Shown: in pieces, positions 1 to 12,701 of the stretch
How the letters are laid out: the number at the start of each line of letters is the position of its first letter
Numbering within the stretch: the first letter of the stretch is position 1
NCBI GenBank assembly: GCA_963693365.1
Contig: CAVNZM010000013.1
Location: 2,009,817-2,073,816, forward strand
DNA from: Amoebidium appalachense
Taxonomy: Eukaryota > Protista > Ichthyosporea
DNA length: 64,000 bases
Reading direction: 5' to 3'
Made by a program: the position numbers and the translations under genes
The notes under the pieces: model-generated
The model's input: the letters and a program-made list of their open reading frames with translations, nothing else
What the model was told of the DNA's origin: nothing
Database searches by the model: none

Positions 1-1153
1 GCATCATCCCCCAGGTCGAACCCTGTTCCCCCCCCCCCCCCCCCTTCTCCTCCTCCTCCCGGAGCAAAGCATTGATATTTGCACATATGCATTGTGTTGC
101 TGTCATCCCCCTCCCTCCCTTCCCCCCTCTTTTCTTCACTGCACATAACTTACTGAAACGTTGGTCTGCCCGATTTCCCGTTCCGTCCTCCTCCTCCCCC
201 GGCACCGTTTTCCCCCCAACCACCACCACACCCACCCAGCCAACCCCCTCCCCTCCCCCCTTCTTTCCCCTTACATCCTCTCTTCCCCTTGCACCTTCCT
301 TGCCCCCCATCCCCACCCCCACCCTGTCTCTTCACCCTCACATCTTGCCACATCCCCTCCCTAACTCTTTCCCCCCCGTTTTTCCAGGCGCTGTGGCACA
401 GCAAGAACATGGACGGCGACGAGGTCAAGGCCGTGTACAACCGCGGCAACGACTTCTACAACTGGTTCCTGGGCCCCACCATGGTCTACACCAGCGGCAT
501 GTACACAAACGAGGATGACTCCCTCGAGGTCGCACAGGTATGCACTGCACCTTTTACTAGTTCATGTCTCATGCACACGTGTTCTCTTTCACAGGCCTTT
601 TGTGGAGGTTGACTCTTGTGAGCTCAACTATCTATGTGTGTTTACGGCGCTGTGTATCTCTCTCCCTCTCTCTCTCTCCCCCTCTCCTCCCCCCCCCCGT
701 TGCCATCTGTCTTGTGTCCTGCCTCTGAATCAAGACACATGTGCACACACACACACCCTCCGCGTGCAATGCGAGCATGTGCACACAATGGTTGTTGTGT
801 TTCCTTCCCTCCTTTCCTTATCCCGAAGTTAATTCTTCCCTGCCGCCGCCCTTTGGGAGGAACAGAAGCACACACAACTTTGTCATACATTCACGCAAGG
901 CAACAAGGCAGGTGCACACATATACCGGCAGTATCGTGTGCCGTTAGTGCACATGCACAAGGCGGACGATCCAGGCACCCAGCTTTGTGTACCCCCAGTA
1001 GCTCGCAAATGTGAAAATCGGCGCGCACGCAGCTCTAAACCCTGCCCCGCCCCGCCCCACCTCCGCAAGCGTGCGCGCCAGACATACGCAGCCACACGCT
1101 TTCCGTCTCCCGCCCCCTCCCCTCAACCTTTGGGCAGCCACTTCCCCCCTTCT

Positions 1154-1184
<31 letters not shown>

Positions 1185-1719
1185 CCCACACCCCCCCCCC
1201 CCCCCCCCCTTCCCCTTCCGTGTCTGAATACAGGCCCTCCTTAGCATGCATTCTTTGTGTGTTGAACCCCTCCCCCCCCCCCCTCCCCGCGCCACCACCA
1301 CCCTCCCTCCACCCATAATACTCACGCACACACTCACCGGTTCCCCTAACCAGCAACGCAAGATGGACGCCATCTGCCAGAAGCTGCAGCTCAAGCCCGG
1401 CATGACTCTGCTCGACATTGGCTGCGGCTGGGGCTCTCTGGTCCGCCACGCCAGCAAGAACTATGGTGCCAAGTCGTTTGGTGTGACCATCTGCAAGGAG
1501 CAGATTGCCTGGGGCAACGAGGGCATTGAGAAGGACGGAACTAAGGACCTGTGCACGGTCGAGCTGATGGACTACAGGGATATCCCCCTCAAGCAGTGGG
1601 ATGTCATCAGGTGTGTGTGTGTGTGTGTGTGTGGACGTTGGGGATGAGTGTGTGGGTGGGTGGTGTGCACCATTGGGGTTGGATGGATGTGTGCGTTAGT
1701 CTATGCACAGTTGTGAACA

Positions 1720-1754
<35 letters not shown>

Positions 1755-2340
1755 TTGTGCTTGTGCACCGGTTGGGTGTTTCGGCACGTGGAGAGAGGGA
1801 TGGGGATGGAAGTGTGCATAGAATATGCGGGATTGTGAGCAGCCGTGTTTGAGTCTGCAGGTTCTAGAAATGAAGCAAGTGATTTTACTGTGGACATGGA
1901 GGGTGGTAGCTAGGGTAGAGCATTGTATTTGCGCCGTTGATTTGAGGGTAAATAAGGGGGCTTGGGGCCCACCGGGGGGAGAGGAGGGGAGACGGGCACG
2001 TGAAACAGCTGAGGCCACCATGGGGTGTAAGCTGATGTCCGTAGCAGACCTGCATCACCTATTCTCTACCCACAACACACGTGCATGTATGCCAAGCCCT
2101 CAATACATCCCCCCCCCTCCCCCCCCCCCCCCCCCCTTCACACACACACAACACACACGCGCGCGCCTCCGCCCCCGGCCCACACAAACACACCACACGC
2201 ACATCGCACACACACACACACACTCGCTCACTCTCTCTCTCTCTCTCTTCGTCCTCTGTAAAGCATTCTTTATCCCGCATCCCCTCCCTCCCCCCTCCCG
2301 CCCTCCCCCCACCCCCCACCCTCCCCCCCGACCCCAAACA

Positions 2341-2383
<43 letters not shown>

Positions 2384-3657
2384 CGTACTTTCACTTGTGT
2401 GACGCATTCTAACAACCCCCCCTTTACAGCTGTGTTGAGATGGCCGAGCACGTGGGTGTGCTTCGCTTCCAGAACTTCCTGCACATGTGCTCGGACAGGC
2501 TCAAGGACGACGGCCTCTTCTACCTGCAGATTGCCGGCCTGCGTGCCCCCTGGCGCTTCGAGGACTTTGTCTGGGGCATCTTTATGGGCACTTACATCTT
2601 CCCTGCTGCTGACGCCTCCTGCCCCCTCGGGTGTGTTATACTTTCTCTCTGTCCTGTGTGTGTATGTGTGTGCACGTCTGTCCCTCTCCTCCGTTTGTCC
2701 CCGTTCTGCCCCTTCCTCTCCCTTGGGCTCTTCACACACACACACACACACTCTCTCTCTCTCTCTCTCTCGCGATATATGTATATATCCCCTTCCCTCC
2801 CCACTTCCCCCGTCCCCGTCCCCTTCCCTCTTCTGCCCTTGCCCACCCTATCTGCTCCACAATACTCTCCCATCGCACTTGACTAAACCCTCACCCCCGT
2901 CTCTTGGGAGTTTAGCTCGTGTCCAGCAAGCCAACCCAGCCATCGAGAGCGCAACTTCTCTATCTGACAGCAATGTGGTGTGAGGCACTTTCAACCAACT
3001 TGTTCATTATTGTTCCGTATCAAACAAACCCGACAAGAACACTCACGTGCGCCGCGCGCTTACACAGTAACAATCTTTTGTTTTTCTCTTCGAGCCCCAT
3101 CCGGGGGGTGTTCTATCAGTCACCAATTTCACCCAAGTGCGTATGCGGTGCAGCGTCTGTACCAGAGTTGCATTTTCCTACACACTGTCATACGCCTTTT
3201 GAACACTTGGGATTGTGTGCCCGGTTTTTATGCATCGCGCGCACAGCTTGTAAGTGCTTTTGACAGGCAAGGTGTCTAGCACGCCAGCACAAGCTCTGTC
3301 TGGGCCACACTTGCCGGGTATCAGTTTTACTTGGGTGTGGGAAAACGCGGACACACATCCACGATCTCATCTACCACCAACTTGCTCTTTTTGAGAATAT
3401 GCACAAAATCATTATGGCTACGTGCTGATCAACCACCATCCAACACTTTGATTGGACACGTCCAGAGTCTTGTAAAGTTTGGAAAGAGTCTTGTAAAAAA
3501 AATTGGAAGACAATGGCACGTCGCAGGTGTTGGTGTCGTCTATCAGCGACCATGATTCAGCACGCTTAGGTGACAAGAGCTTTTCTATGGACCATTCATT
3601 CGACGACATTCAATCACAAGCGCGAGCGCTGACACCCCTTTCTCTCCTCTTTTGCCT

Positions 3658-3707
<50 letters not shown>

Positions 3708-4754
3708 CCCCCACACACACACACACACATACACATACACATGCACACAAAACACACACACGCACACATTGTGGATGAGCTCTGTCCATTAACTCTACAT
3801 GGATACTCTTTGCGAGTGCATGGCTCTCTCCATTGTGTTGTCTAGCATGGACATGTACTTTGCACTCCATACCACACTCAAACCTCAACCCAGCCCTTCC
3901 CTTTCCTTTCCTTTCCTTTCCCTTCCTTCCCATTTTCCCTCCTGTTTGTGTCCACCGCACTATATACATCGTTCTAAACCTCTTTTTTTTTCCCATCAGG
4001 TTTGTTGTGAACCAGGTTGAGGCTGCCGGGTTCGAGGTGCACCACATCCAGAACGTGGGGATCCACTACTCGATCACGCTTAAGCAGTGGTACGACAACT
4101 GGGTCAAGAACGAGAAGGAGATCAAGGCCAAGTACGGCGAATGGTGGTTCCGCCTGTGGGTCATCTTCCTCTCGTGGTCCTCCATCATCGCATCCCAGGT
4201 AGCCTTCTGCTTCCATTTTTCTCCGGCTTTTCTTTTCTTTTCTGTTGTGCTAACTTTCCTTTCCTTTGTCGTGTGTGGTGTGCTGGGGGGGGGGGGGGAT
4301 GTAGGCAATACTACGTGTGATGAACAGAACCCCCCAACCCTCCTGCTCAAAAAACGCACATACAAGTCTGTGCCAAACTAAACTAAAGGGAACAAAAGTG
4401 CAGGCAAACATTCACGTGCACACGCGCGCGCGCGCACACACACACCAATACGTCCATCATCCCCCAAGCCTCTCTCCCCCCCCCCCCCCCCCCCACACCA
4501 CCACCACCACCCCCACACACACGGCACACACACACACACACACACCACAACCACCACCAACTCACCGAATATGACTCTTCAACTCTACCATGCCACTTAC
4601 ACATACACATGGATTCACCCACCCCTTTCTACCCCCACAGGGCTCGTCCACGTGCTGGCAGATTGTGCTGCACAAGAACAAGAACGAGACCAACCGCAAG
4701 CGCTACATCGGTAAGGTCCAGTACGGTATCCCGGAGCCAAAGGTGGCCCCCTAA
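1..4754 (+). CDS. MTS1: Sphingolipid C9-methyltransferase (cyclopropane-fatty-acid synthase family SAM methyltransferase); 5'-partial, spliced
   Basis: Exons <1-14, 388-537, 1354-1610, 2430-2630, 4000-4198 and 4641-4754 (TAA), all GT-AG with consistent phases. Joined protein: IIPQALWHSKNMDGDEVKAVYNRGNDFYNWFLGPTMVYTSG...LLDIGCGWG (SAM motif I)...SCVEMAEHVG...FYLQIAGLR...YIFPAADASCPLG...GIHYSITL...WSSIIASQGSSTCWQIVLHKN. This follows the motif order of fungal C9-MTases (YDRGDDFYxWFLGPRMIYTSG, EMAEHVG, LQxAGLR, YIFPGADAS), recalled from memory. Confidence 0.9.
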
Positions 4755-6214
4755 ACACATGCAAATTTCAGAGAAATTTTGCTGTAATTTTCAAGTCGAG
4801 ACTATGTTAGTTAGGGTGTGAGACACTGTGTCTATTTTGTTTAATTCAGCTTTTTTTATCCGGTTTTGGTGTATTTTTTCTTCGAGCATTTATGATTTAA
4901 GCTATTTATCGCACGGCGTGGCACGGATATAACCCGTTTGATTGGTTGTAAACTGTGACGTGCGTGTGTGCGTGCGCGACAAGTACGCACGTATCATGTA
5001 GATATAACCGGTTATCCCAAGGATGATAACCTTTGAAGTTATCTCATGGATATTCTTTCATACCATGTCTTGTTTTTTTTTGGTTTTTTCCTCCCCGTAT
5101 TCCAAGTTCCAATGTGTGTACATGTTATAGTTCGAACCCTGCTCGTATCCGAGGCACCCAATCACCAACAGTCTTCATATGTTGTGTTGATGAGGGGATC
5201 CAATTGGATTTTGCCGCGAAGCGTTGTTCCCCGAATGCCGTTCTGAAAGACATTTCGAAGGCTGGCCCTCTCTCTCTGTTTTTTTGCAAGTGTGTCTCGT
5301 TCCTTGCCCGGCTGCAAGTGGCTTTGTGTTTTTCCCGGTGGTTTAAGTTTTGCGTTTTGTCCAAACCAAATACTGTCCGGGGGACATCGGTGTGATGTTC
5401 ACCGCGAGAGCCGAGTGAGTGTTCAATAAAAGGTTTGATACCTTTCAAAGCTTGCAAATGACTCAGACGCACTTGCGATCGATCCCCCCCCCCCCCCCCC
5501 CCCCCCCCCCGCGCACACATGTACACACACACACACATCCCGATCTACAATGGGGGGAGCTTCTTAGAAGCCCTGCTTCTTGAAATTTTCTTTCCATATC
5601 ATATCCTTGTCCTTGCTGCCTGCACCTGTAGACCCCCGGGCCCGGCCCTGATTGATTATAATTCATTTCTGTTTGTGTGTGCTCTTTTCTAACAAATGCT
5701 GCATTGCGTTGTTGTCTCGTACTCAGTCAAGCATTCCCTCCCCCCACGGCCCTCTACCCGTTACCTCCCTCGCCTCTTTTTTCTCTTTTCTATATATCTT
5801 ACCCTCACATGTACAAGTCTCACTCACACATACACAAACTCTCGCCCTCCCTCTTCCCTCTCCTTGGAGCTCCCTCCGTCTGCCCCTCGCCCTCGATCAC
5901 TTCTCTCTCTTTCTCTCCCCCTCTATTCAATCATCCCTCCCTTCTATTCCTCTCTTCAAGTTCCATTTCGGCCCAGGCCCTGTATCTGTTGAGACGCAGA
6001 TGCAAAGATCTATCTCTCTACCTCTCTCTCCACGTCTCGCTCTGTCCTCTCATCCTACCCTCCTTCCCCACCCGCTCCCTCCCAGGACCCTTTCGATCGC
6101 TAGGCCACGTCCCTCTCTCTCTCTCTCTCTCTCTCCCCCCCCCCACTATCCCTTCTTCCTGTTAACAGAAAACTGAACCCCATACGTACGCAATTCATAT
6201 TATCCCCCCCCCCC

Positions 6215-6405
6215 CCTCTTCCCCTCCTTCTTCCCTCTCACTCCCTCCCCCATCCCTTTCCCTCTCTCTCTCTCCCTCCCCCGCTGAGTTCTTACTCTCC
6301 CGCCCCCCCCCCCCCCCCCCCCCCCCCTCCCCTCTTCCCCTCCCTCACTCCCTCCCCCATCCCTTTCCCTCTCTCTCTCTCCCTCCCCCGCTGAGTTCTT
6401 ACTCT
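6215..6405. repeat. Tandem duplication of a ~100-bp pyrimidine-rich unit
   Basis: The segment tcactccctcccccatccctttccctctctctctc...ccgctgagttcttactctccc occurs twice, separated by a poly-C run. Confidence 0.7.
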
Positions 6406-7573
6406 CCCCCCCCCCCCCCCCCCCCCACCCACCCACCCACCCACCCCACCCCACGGGCCCCGCCCTTTTCTGTTAGGCACAGACGTCGGCCAGTGTATAC
6501 ACTTCCTTGCTCAAGTTGTTGCACTCGGCCACACATAGGAGGGGCATGGCCTACGCCCCTGTTTCGCAGACAGGAGCCCCGCATTCGGCTGCCTTTATCT
6601 TACATAACGTGGAGCAGTGTTCACGCTGTTCGGTAAATTAACCCTCTTTTAACGTTTTTGCCTTTCTGACAGTATGGTGATAATGTAAGTTGTTCTTCAC
6701 ACAGAGATGGGTCCAAATCGCTAAAAAAGAAGCTCGCTAACACGTTCACAGTCAAGCTGGTTCTCTAGAGGCTCGTATTCGGCAGCCTTAGAGCTTTCGT
6801 CGTACGCATGTTTTTGTTATGTTATTTTGTAACATCGCGTCCTTTTGGGCAACATCGTGTACGGGCACTCGCAATGTGTGTGTAATATAAAAGGGGCACA
6901 ATCTGACCATCGATCCGGATCTGAAAAGCTTTGGTGGCTCACGAGTGACGTTCTGCGCCAAGGCCGTGTGTTCAGAGGGCCGTGCTCCCCCCCCCCCCCC
7001 CCCCCCCCCGGACAGTGCATTTCGTACTATGCCGCACTTTCTATCCCCCCCCATCGCCCCAATATGCGATTACGTTACCTGCTCTGCTATTGATCATTTT
7101 TCTTTTTTGACTTGCAATTTTAAACGTGTCATTTTTATAACTTTGTGGGTCCCGCCGGTGTGTGTGCATGTCACAGTGTCGTGTGTGTGTGTGTGCACGT
7201 GGGGGAGGGGAGGGGGGGAGGGGGGAAGTTTTTTTTTGCAAATTGTGCACGTGGCCCGTGTGAGCCGTTACTGGCCGTAGGGGTCTTCCACAAAGGCTCT
7301 AAGACAGCTCCAGGCGAGGGCGCCGGCCGGAGGGACGTTTCACGGAGAGGGGGAGGGGGAGGAGGAGGGGGGGGAGGGGTTCCACCTAAGGGGCACCTAC
7401 ACATGACGTTCAAATTCTGCCAAGTGCAGGACGGTGGGGGTGGAGTAGCGGCTGGGGTGCATGGTTGAATTAAGGGTAATGTGCGGGGGGGAGGGGGCAT
7501 CTGAAATTTCACGCTATATATCCAGAGATCCAGACCGAGAGGGAGTGTGGGGAGAGGGGGTTAGAGAAACAGA

Positions 7574-7711
<138 letters not shown>

Positions 7712-8566
7712 GGGGAGGGAGGGGGAGGGAAATCATGGGGGGGAGAAGGAGAGGGCGGTAGGGAGGAAGCGAGGGAGGGAAGGAGGGAGTGGGGGGAGGG
7801 GGAGGGGAAGGGATGGAGAGGGCCTGAGGGAAAGGGGGGTGAAAAGAAGGGCTGGTGGGGAGGGGGGTTGGGGAGGGGTTGGGGAGGGGGGGGAGGGGGG
7901 GGAAGGGGGCGGGGAGGAAGAGGGGGCTGGGTCCACAAACGTATGCATATGCATGTAGAGTTTAATAACTACGTACAATGCACGGAACAATTGTTTGCAT
8001 TGTGGGTGGGAGGAAAGTATGGGTGGGTTGAAGTGTGGGTATAAAAAGAATTCAAGTAGGATGCTCTGTGGAGGTTATGCAGTCAAACAGATGCATGTCC
8101 GTACGGTACAGGCGCAGGGGCTGTAACAGTTGTCTGAAAGGTACTTGTGTCTGCCCTCCCCCCCCCCCCCCCCCCCCCCTTCCTCTCCCCCCCCCCCCCC
8201 CCTTCCCCCTGCCCCGTCCCCCCTCCTCCCCCCTTCCCCCCCCCCCCCCCCCCCCATCATCCCGTGCCTCTCCCAACCCTCATGGGGTTGCTAACACTGC
8301 ATATGCATACGTAAGTCACATGCGAAAGGTGCATTTGTGTGGCAGTGTAAGCACGGTGATTGTGTGTGTGTGTGTGCGCACGAGCGCATGCTGCGGAATG
8401 TGTCTGTGTTTGTGTCCACGTGTGTGGCCAGGTGCCACAATGTGTAGATGTGTGTAGGTACGTGTAAGTTATTTTGTGCCTCTGTCTCTGTCTGTGTCTG
8501 TGTGTGTACACGTGTGTGTGTACACATGTGTGTGTACGTGCACGTCTGTGTGTGTGTGTGTGTGTC

Positions 8567-8616
<50 letters not shown>

Positions 8617-8665
8617 GTGTGTTTGTGTTTGTGTGTCCTGTGTGTATGGGGGGGGGGGGGTCTGT

Positions 8666-8768
<103 letters not shown>

Positions 8769-8843
8769 AGTTACACGGTGTGTGTGACTGTGCGTGCGTG
8801 TGCACGCGCATGTGTGCCACAGCGCGGTAGTGTGAAGATTTTG

Positions 8844-9313
8844 TAGGGCTCAACCATATCGGCAGAGTCAACTTGCAAAAAGCAGAATTATTCTGCAAAA
8901 GCGGAATTGTTCTGCAAACAGCAGAATTATTCTGCAAACGCAGAATCACTCTGCTTTAGCAGAATTCTTCTGCTTTTAGCAGAATTTTCCCGCAAAGAGC
9001 AGAATTATAATTATTCTGCTTTCCAAAGCAGAGTAGTTCTGCTTTTAGCGGAACAATTCTGCTTTTAGCAGAATAATGCTTTTAGCGGAACAATTCTGCT
9101 TTTAGCGGAATAATTCTGCTTTTAGCGGAATAATTCTGCTTTTAGCAGATTGATTCTGCTTTCGCAGAATAATTCTGCTTTTGCTGAATAATCATATGGC
9201 TATTCTGCTTTTAGCAACTGCTTTTATTTGAATGCTTTTTACCGAATAATTCTGCTTTTTGCAGAATAATTCTGCTCGGAGCCAGTTGACTCAGCCGATG
9301 TGGTTGAACCCTT
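8844..9313. mobile_element. Non-autonomous TIR element (MITE, TAGGG terminus) filled with palindromic GCAGAATTATTCTGC repeats, copy 1
   Basis: Left end tagggctcaaccatatcggcagagtcaact and right end agttgactcagccgatgtggttgaaccct form a ~29-bp imperfect inverted repeat. The interior is ~18-19-nt degenerate repeats of aaaagcagaattattctgc. No clean TSD seen. Confidence 0.8.
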
Positions 9314-9714
9314 TTTGTGTGTGTGTGCCAGTGTCGGTGCCAGTGAGTGTGTCTGTGCGTGACTTTTTGTGGGTGTGTGCGCGCGCATATATTAAGTCGC
9401 ACGATTCCACGCTACGTCTCTGAGCGTCTGCGTTTCTGTCGGCCTGTGCGACTACCCGTTTTTACGCTTTTTTTATTTGCCACGATACTCGTGTGGGCTC
9501 GAGCTCACTTAGGTTTTATGAAAATATTGCTCTGCCACGGTATTAATCTCAACTAAATGCTACAGGGTCATATATACGAGCTGTTATTAATGTATAGGCG
9601 GTGTTAAAGTTATAAATTTTTCAGGCAATTCATCTCATTATGCTAGGACACTATCTGCTATGAATCGTTGGGAAAGCGAAACACTACTATTTATCTATCT
9701 ATTTCTGTCTACTC

Positions 9715-10215
9715 TTAATGCTTCATGCAATCATCATAGGTGCTGTCCCAGGCATCGTCAAAGCCTCTCTGCCAGTCACCCCCGCTCCTCCTCTGCAACC
9801 TGGCCCCCGTGTGCCTCCTCCTCCTGCCGCCCTCTGCGTCCTCCCGGCACACCTTCAGTGCGTCTCTGTATGCCTCCACCCACCCCTTCTGGTACTCGCT
9901 CGACCCTGCGTGGCCGGGCCGATGCTGGTAAGGTTGGCCCGCGGAGACGTGCGGCTTGGGCTGCGGCTTTGGCTGTGGGTGGTGGGGCTGTGGCTGTGGG
10001 CGGGGCTTGGGCTGCGCACAGCACCTGCCTGGCGTGCACTTTCCAGTGTCGCTGGACCACCGTGTGCACTCCTGTAAGCCAATCAGCTCGCCGTCGCCAC
10101 AGTGCCCAAGGTTGCGGCCCGCCCAGACGCCACAGTTCATGACTTCGTTGTCCTTGGCGTAGGCCCCGGTGGCACACAGCGCACCGACGGTTGCGAGCAC
10201 AAAAGTGATCTTCAT
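9715..10215 (-). CDS. Small secreted Cys-rich/Pro-rich preproprotein, copy A (166 aa, intronless)
   Basis: ATG at 10215 in ctcaacATG context. Signal-peptide-like MKITFVLATVGALCATGAYA, a 6-Cys domain, a PQPKP linker, then RRRR and RR sites. GC3-rich codon usage like the housekeeping exons. Near-identical to 11072-11578. Confidence 0.85.
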   Translation of the reverse strand: MKITFVLATVGALCATGAYAKDNEVMNCGVWAGRNLGHCGDGELIGLQECTRWSSDTGKCTPGRCCAQPKPRPQPQPHHPQPKPQPKPHVSAGQPYQHRPGHAGSSEYQKGWVEAYRDALKVCREDAEGGRRRRHTGARLQRRSGGDWQRGFDDAWDSTYDDCMKH

Positions 10216-10310
10216 GTTGAGTTGGTGGAAGCTCGGTTGTTGATCATTCGGTGGTTGATCATGTGAGATGCATGCAACTTTTGAATGATTGATCGGGCGA
10301 GTCGGCGGCA

Positions 10311-10318
10311 TTTATATA
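10311..10318 (-). promoter_or_regulatory. Putative TATA box of copy A
   Basis: TATATAAA on the minus strand ~100 nt upstream of the ATG at 10215. Confidence 0.55.
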
Positions 10319-10911
10319 CCGGGGGGATGCATCAGCTGGCGAATCAAAATCGCCGGTTGCTCGCATTCCAGTGGATAAAACGGGATGACGACGTTTCAAA
10401 TGACGATTTATATATTGTGACTTTTGTCATCCCACTCATCATGGCGGACAAAAACCACATGTCATTCTGTACGTATCAAAGACATCGTAGCATCGTGTTT
10501 CTCAGCCCGAAGTGTTCCAAACACATATTTTTCATTAAAAAAAATAACCTCATGAGTCGTAAAACGCGCGCTACAGCATGTACCCAGCTTTCGCCGAGTC
10601 TGATCAGAAATCTACGAGATCTTGATACGTCATCTCCAAGTTCACAATTAATTGGTTGATTATCATTTAAAATATCTTGCTGGCAAAAGATCGGCAATTC
10701 GCCATCCGAATGGCCATCACGGGATGAGGGCAGGGGAACTTGGGGAAAAAAGCACCAAGGTTAACAAAAGACCGAAACAGAAGGAGTTATGAAATGCGTA
10801 TGTATTCACATGTATACATATAAAGCTTGTGTGGTCATCACTATATATGTCAAGTCAGAGCATACTATACTTCAGTTAACCGAGAGATGCTCGATGGTGC
10901 GGCAATCACGC

Positions 10912-10974
10912 ATTGGTGGCAATTTGGTGCCATGCACTGATTGGTCTACACTTTCCTCCTGCTTTATATAAAAA
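10912..10974 (+). promoter_or_regulatory. Putative promoter of copy B (two ATTGG/CCAAT boxes plus TATA box)
   Basis: ATTGG at 10912 and 10940; TATATAAAAA at 10965-10974, ~100 nt upstream of the ATG at 11072. Confidence 0.55.
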
Positions 10975-11071
10975 TTCGGCTGGCACATAGTCACTGCATC
11001 AGTCAAATTTAGTAAGTAAACCGCAAAAAGCAACTATCATAGCACTTTGCTTCGATATCCACCAACTCAAC

Positions 11072-11578
11072 ATGAAGATCACTTTTGTGCTCGCAACCGT
11101 CGGCGCGCTGTGTGCCACCGGGGCCTACGCCAAGGACAACGAAGTCATGAACTGTGGCGTCTGGGCGGGCCGCAACCTTGGGCACTGTGGCGACGGCGAG
11201 CTGATTGGCTTACAGGAGTGCACACGGTGGTCCAGCGACATTGGAAAGTGCACGCCAGGCAGGTGCTGTGCGCAGCCCAAGCCCCGCCCACAGCCACAGC
11301 CCCACCACCCACAGCCAAAGCCGCAGCCCAAGCCGCACGTCTCCGCGGGCCAACCGGACCAGCATCGGCCCGGCCACGCAGGGTCGAGCGAGTACCAGAA
11401 GGGGTGGATGGAGGCATACAGAGACGCACTGAAGGTGTGCCGGGAGGACGCAGAGGGCGGCAGGAGGAGGAGGGACACGGGGGCCAGGTTGCAGAGGAGG
11501 AGCGGGGGTGACTGGCAGAGAGGCTTTGACGATGCCTGGGACAGCACCTACGATGAGTGCATGAAGCAATACGACTAG
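11072..11578 (+). CDS. Small secreted Cys-rich/Pro-rich preproprotein, copy B (168 aa, intronless)
   Basis: Same architecture as copy A. About 7 nucleotide substitutions between the copies plus a different C-terminal end (MKH* vs MKQYD*). Upstream TATA box present. Confidence 0.85.
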   Translation: MKITFVLATVGALCATGAYAKDNEVMNCGVWAGRNLGHCGDGELIGLQECTRWSSDIGKCTPGRCCAQPKPRPQPQPHHPQPKPQPKPHVSAGQPDQHRPGHAGSSEYQKGWMEAYRDALKVCREDAEGGRRRRDTGARLQRRSGGDWQRGFDDAWDSTYDECMKQYD

Positions 11579-11923
11579 ACAGTACAGCAAAAACTGCTGT
11601 TACAGGCCATAGAGAGTAGCAGCTGCTACCTTGGGTTGCACCTCAGTACGAGTTCCAAAGGGCTCATGTGCTTTCCCATGTGAAAGCGTAGGATATATAG
11701 GAGGCTTACTACTATAAGATGTGATGCTGCGTGTGCTCTACCAAAACATAGATGGAGTGTAAACTTGACGTGAGGAATGTGTAATAAAATGATGTGGACT
11801 GTATTAATAAAGCATAACCCCATACATATTGCATATTAAAAAAAGCTGTGATATTGATCACCAAACGGGCATGGTGTGCAAAGCCCTCCCCCCCCCCCCC
11901 CCTCCCCCCCCCCCCCCCCCCCC

Positions 11924-11956
<33 letters not shown>

Positions 11957-12322
11957 ACACACACACATACACACATACACCTCATTCCCCCCGGCGCACG
12001 GGTGGGCACTCACTCAGACACTGGCATACAAGGTGAGTGCTGCAAACACACTGCACACAATTTGAAACACTTACACACGAATACGCACACACACATACCC
12101 ACACGCAACATTCTCCCTGGCCACAAACAACGTCCGATCACACATTCATACTCAACACACAAGTGCGTTTGCACACACATACGCGAGCTGTATGAACACA
12201 CATGCACAAACCACAACAACACACTAGAACGAACGTACATGTTGAACACACAAACATATACTTTAATGCGTGCGCACACGCACGCACGCACATACAAGCA
12301 CACGTGCACACACATTCACATA

Positions 12323-12447
<125 letters not shown>

Positions 12448-12701
12448 TGGCGCGCGCACACACACAAAACTTTGTGACATGCCCACAACCATGCACGCCG
12501 CTTACCCCATCTGCCCGCGGCCTCCCTTTCCTGCTCGGGCACACAAACACAACACCCAGTGTCCTATTTTACCCTTGCAGGGAGAGGCACTGCATGGGCA
12601 CACATGTACACATCATAAGTCACGCAGAAGCTAAGCACGCACATCGATGTACTGAAGGTCCATGCCGCCACAATAAATGAGCTTGCACATGTAAAGGCAC
12701 A

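Noticed and set aside
10216-10311. 32-aa N-terminal extension of the 9715-10311 ORF (MPPTRP...)
   Set aside because: That ATG abuts the putative TATA box, so it is probably upstream of the TSS. Homology to copy B and the signal peptide both start at the ATG at 10215.
9660-11590. Overlapping antisense and alternative-frame ORFs over the secreted-gene pair
   Set aside because: Shadow ORFs of GC-rich coding sequence, duplicated only because the gene is duplicated.
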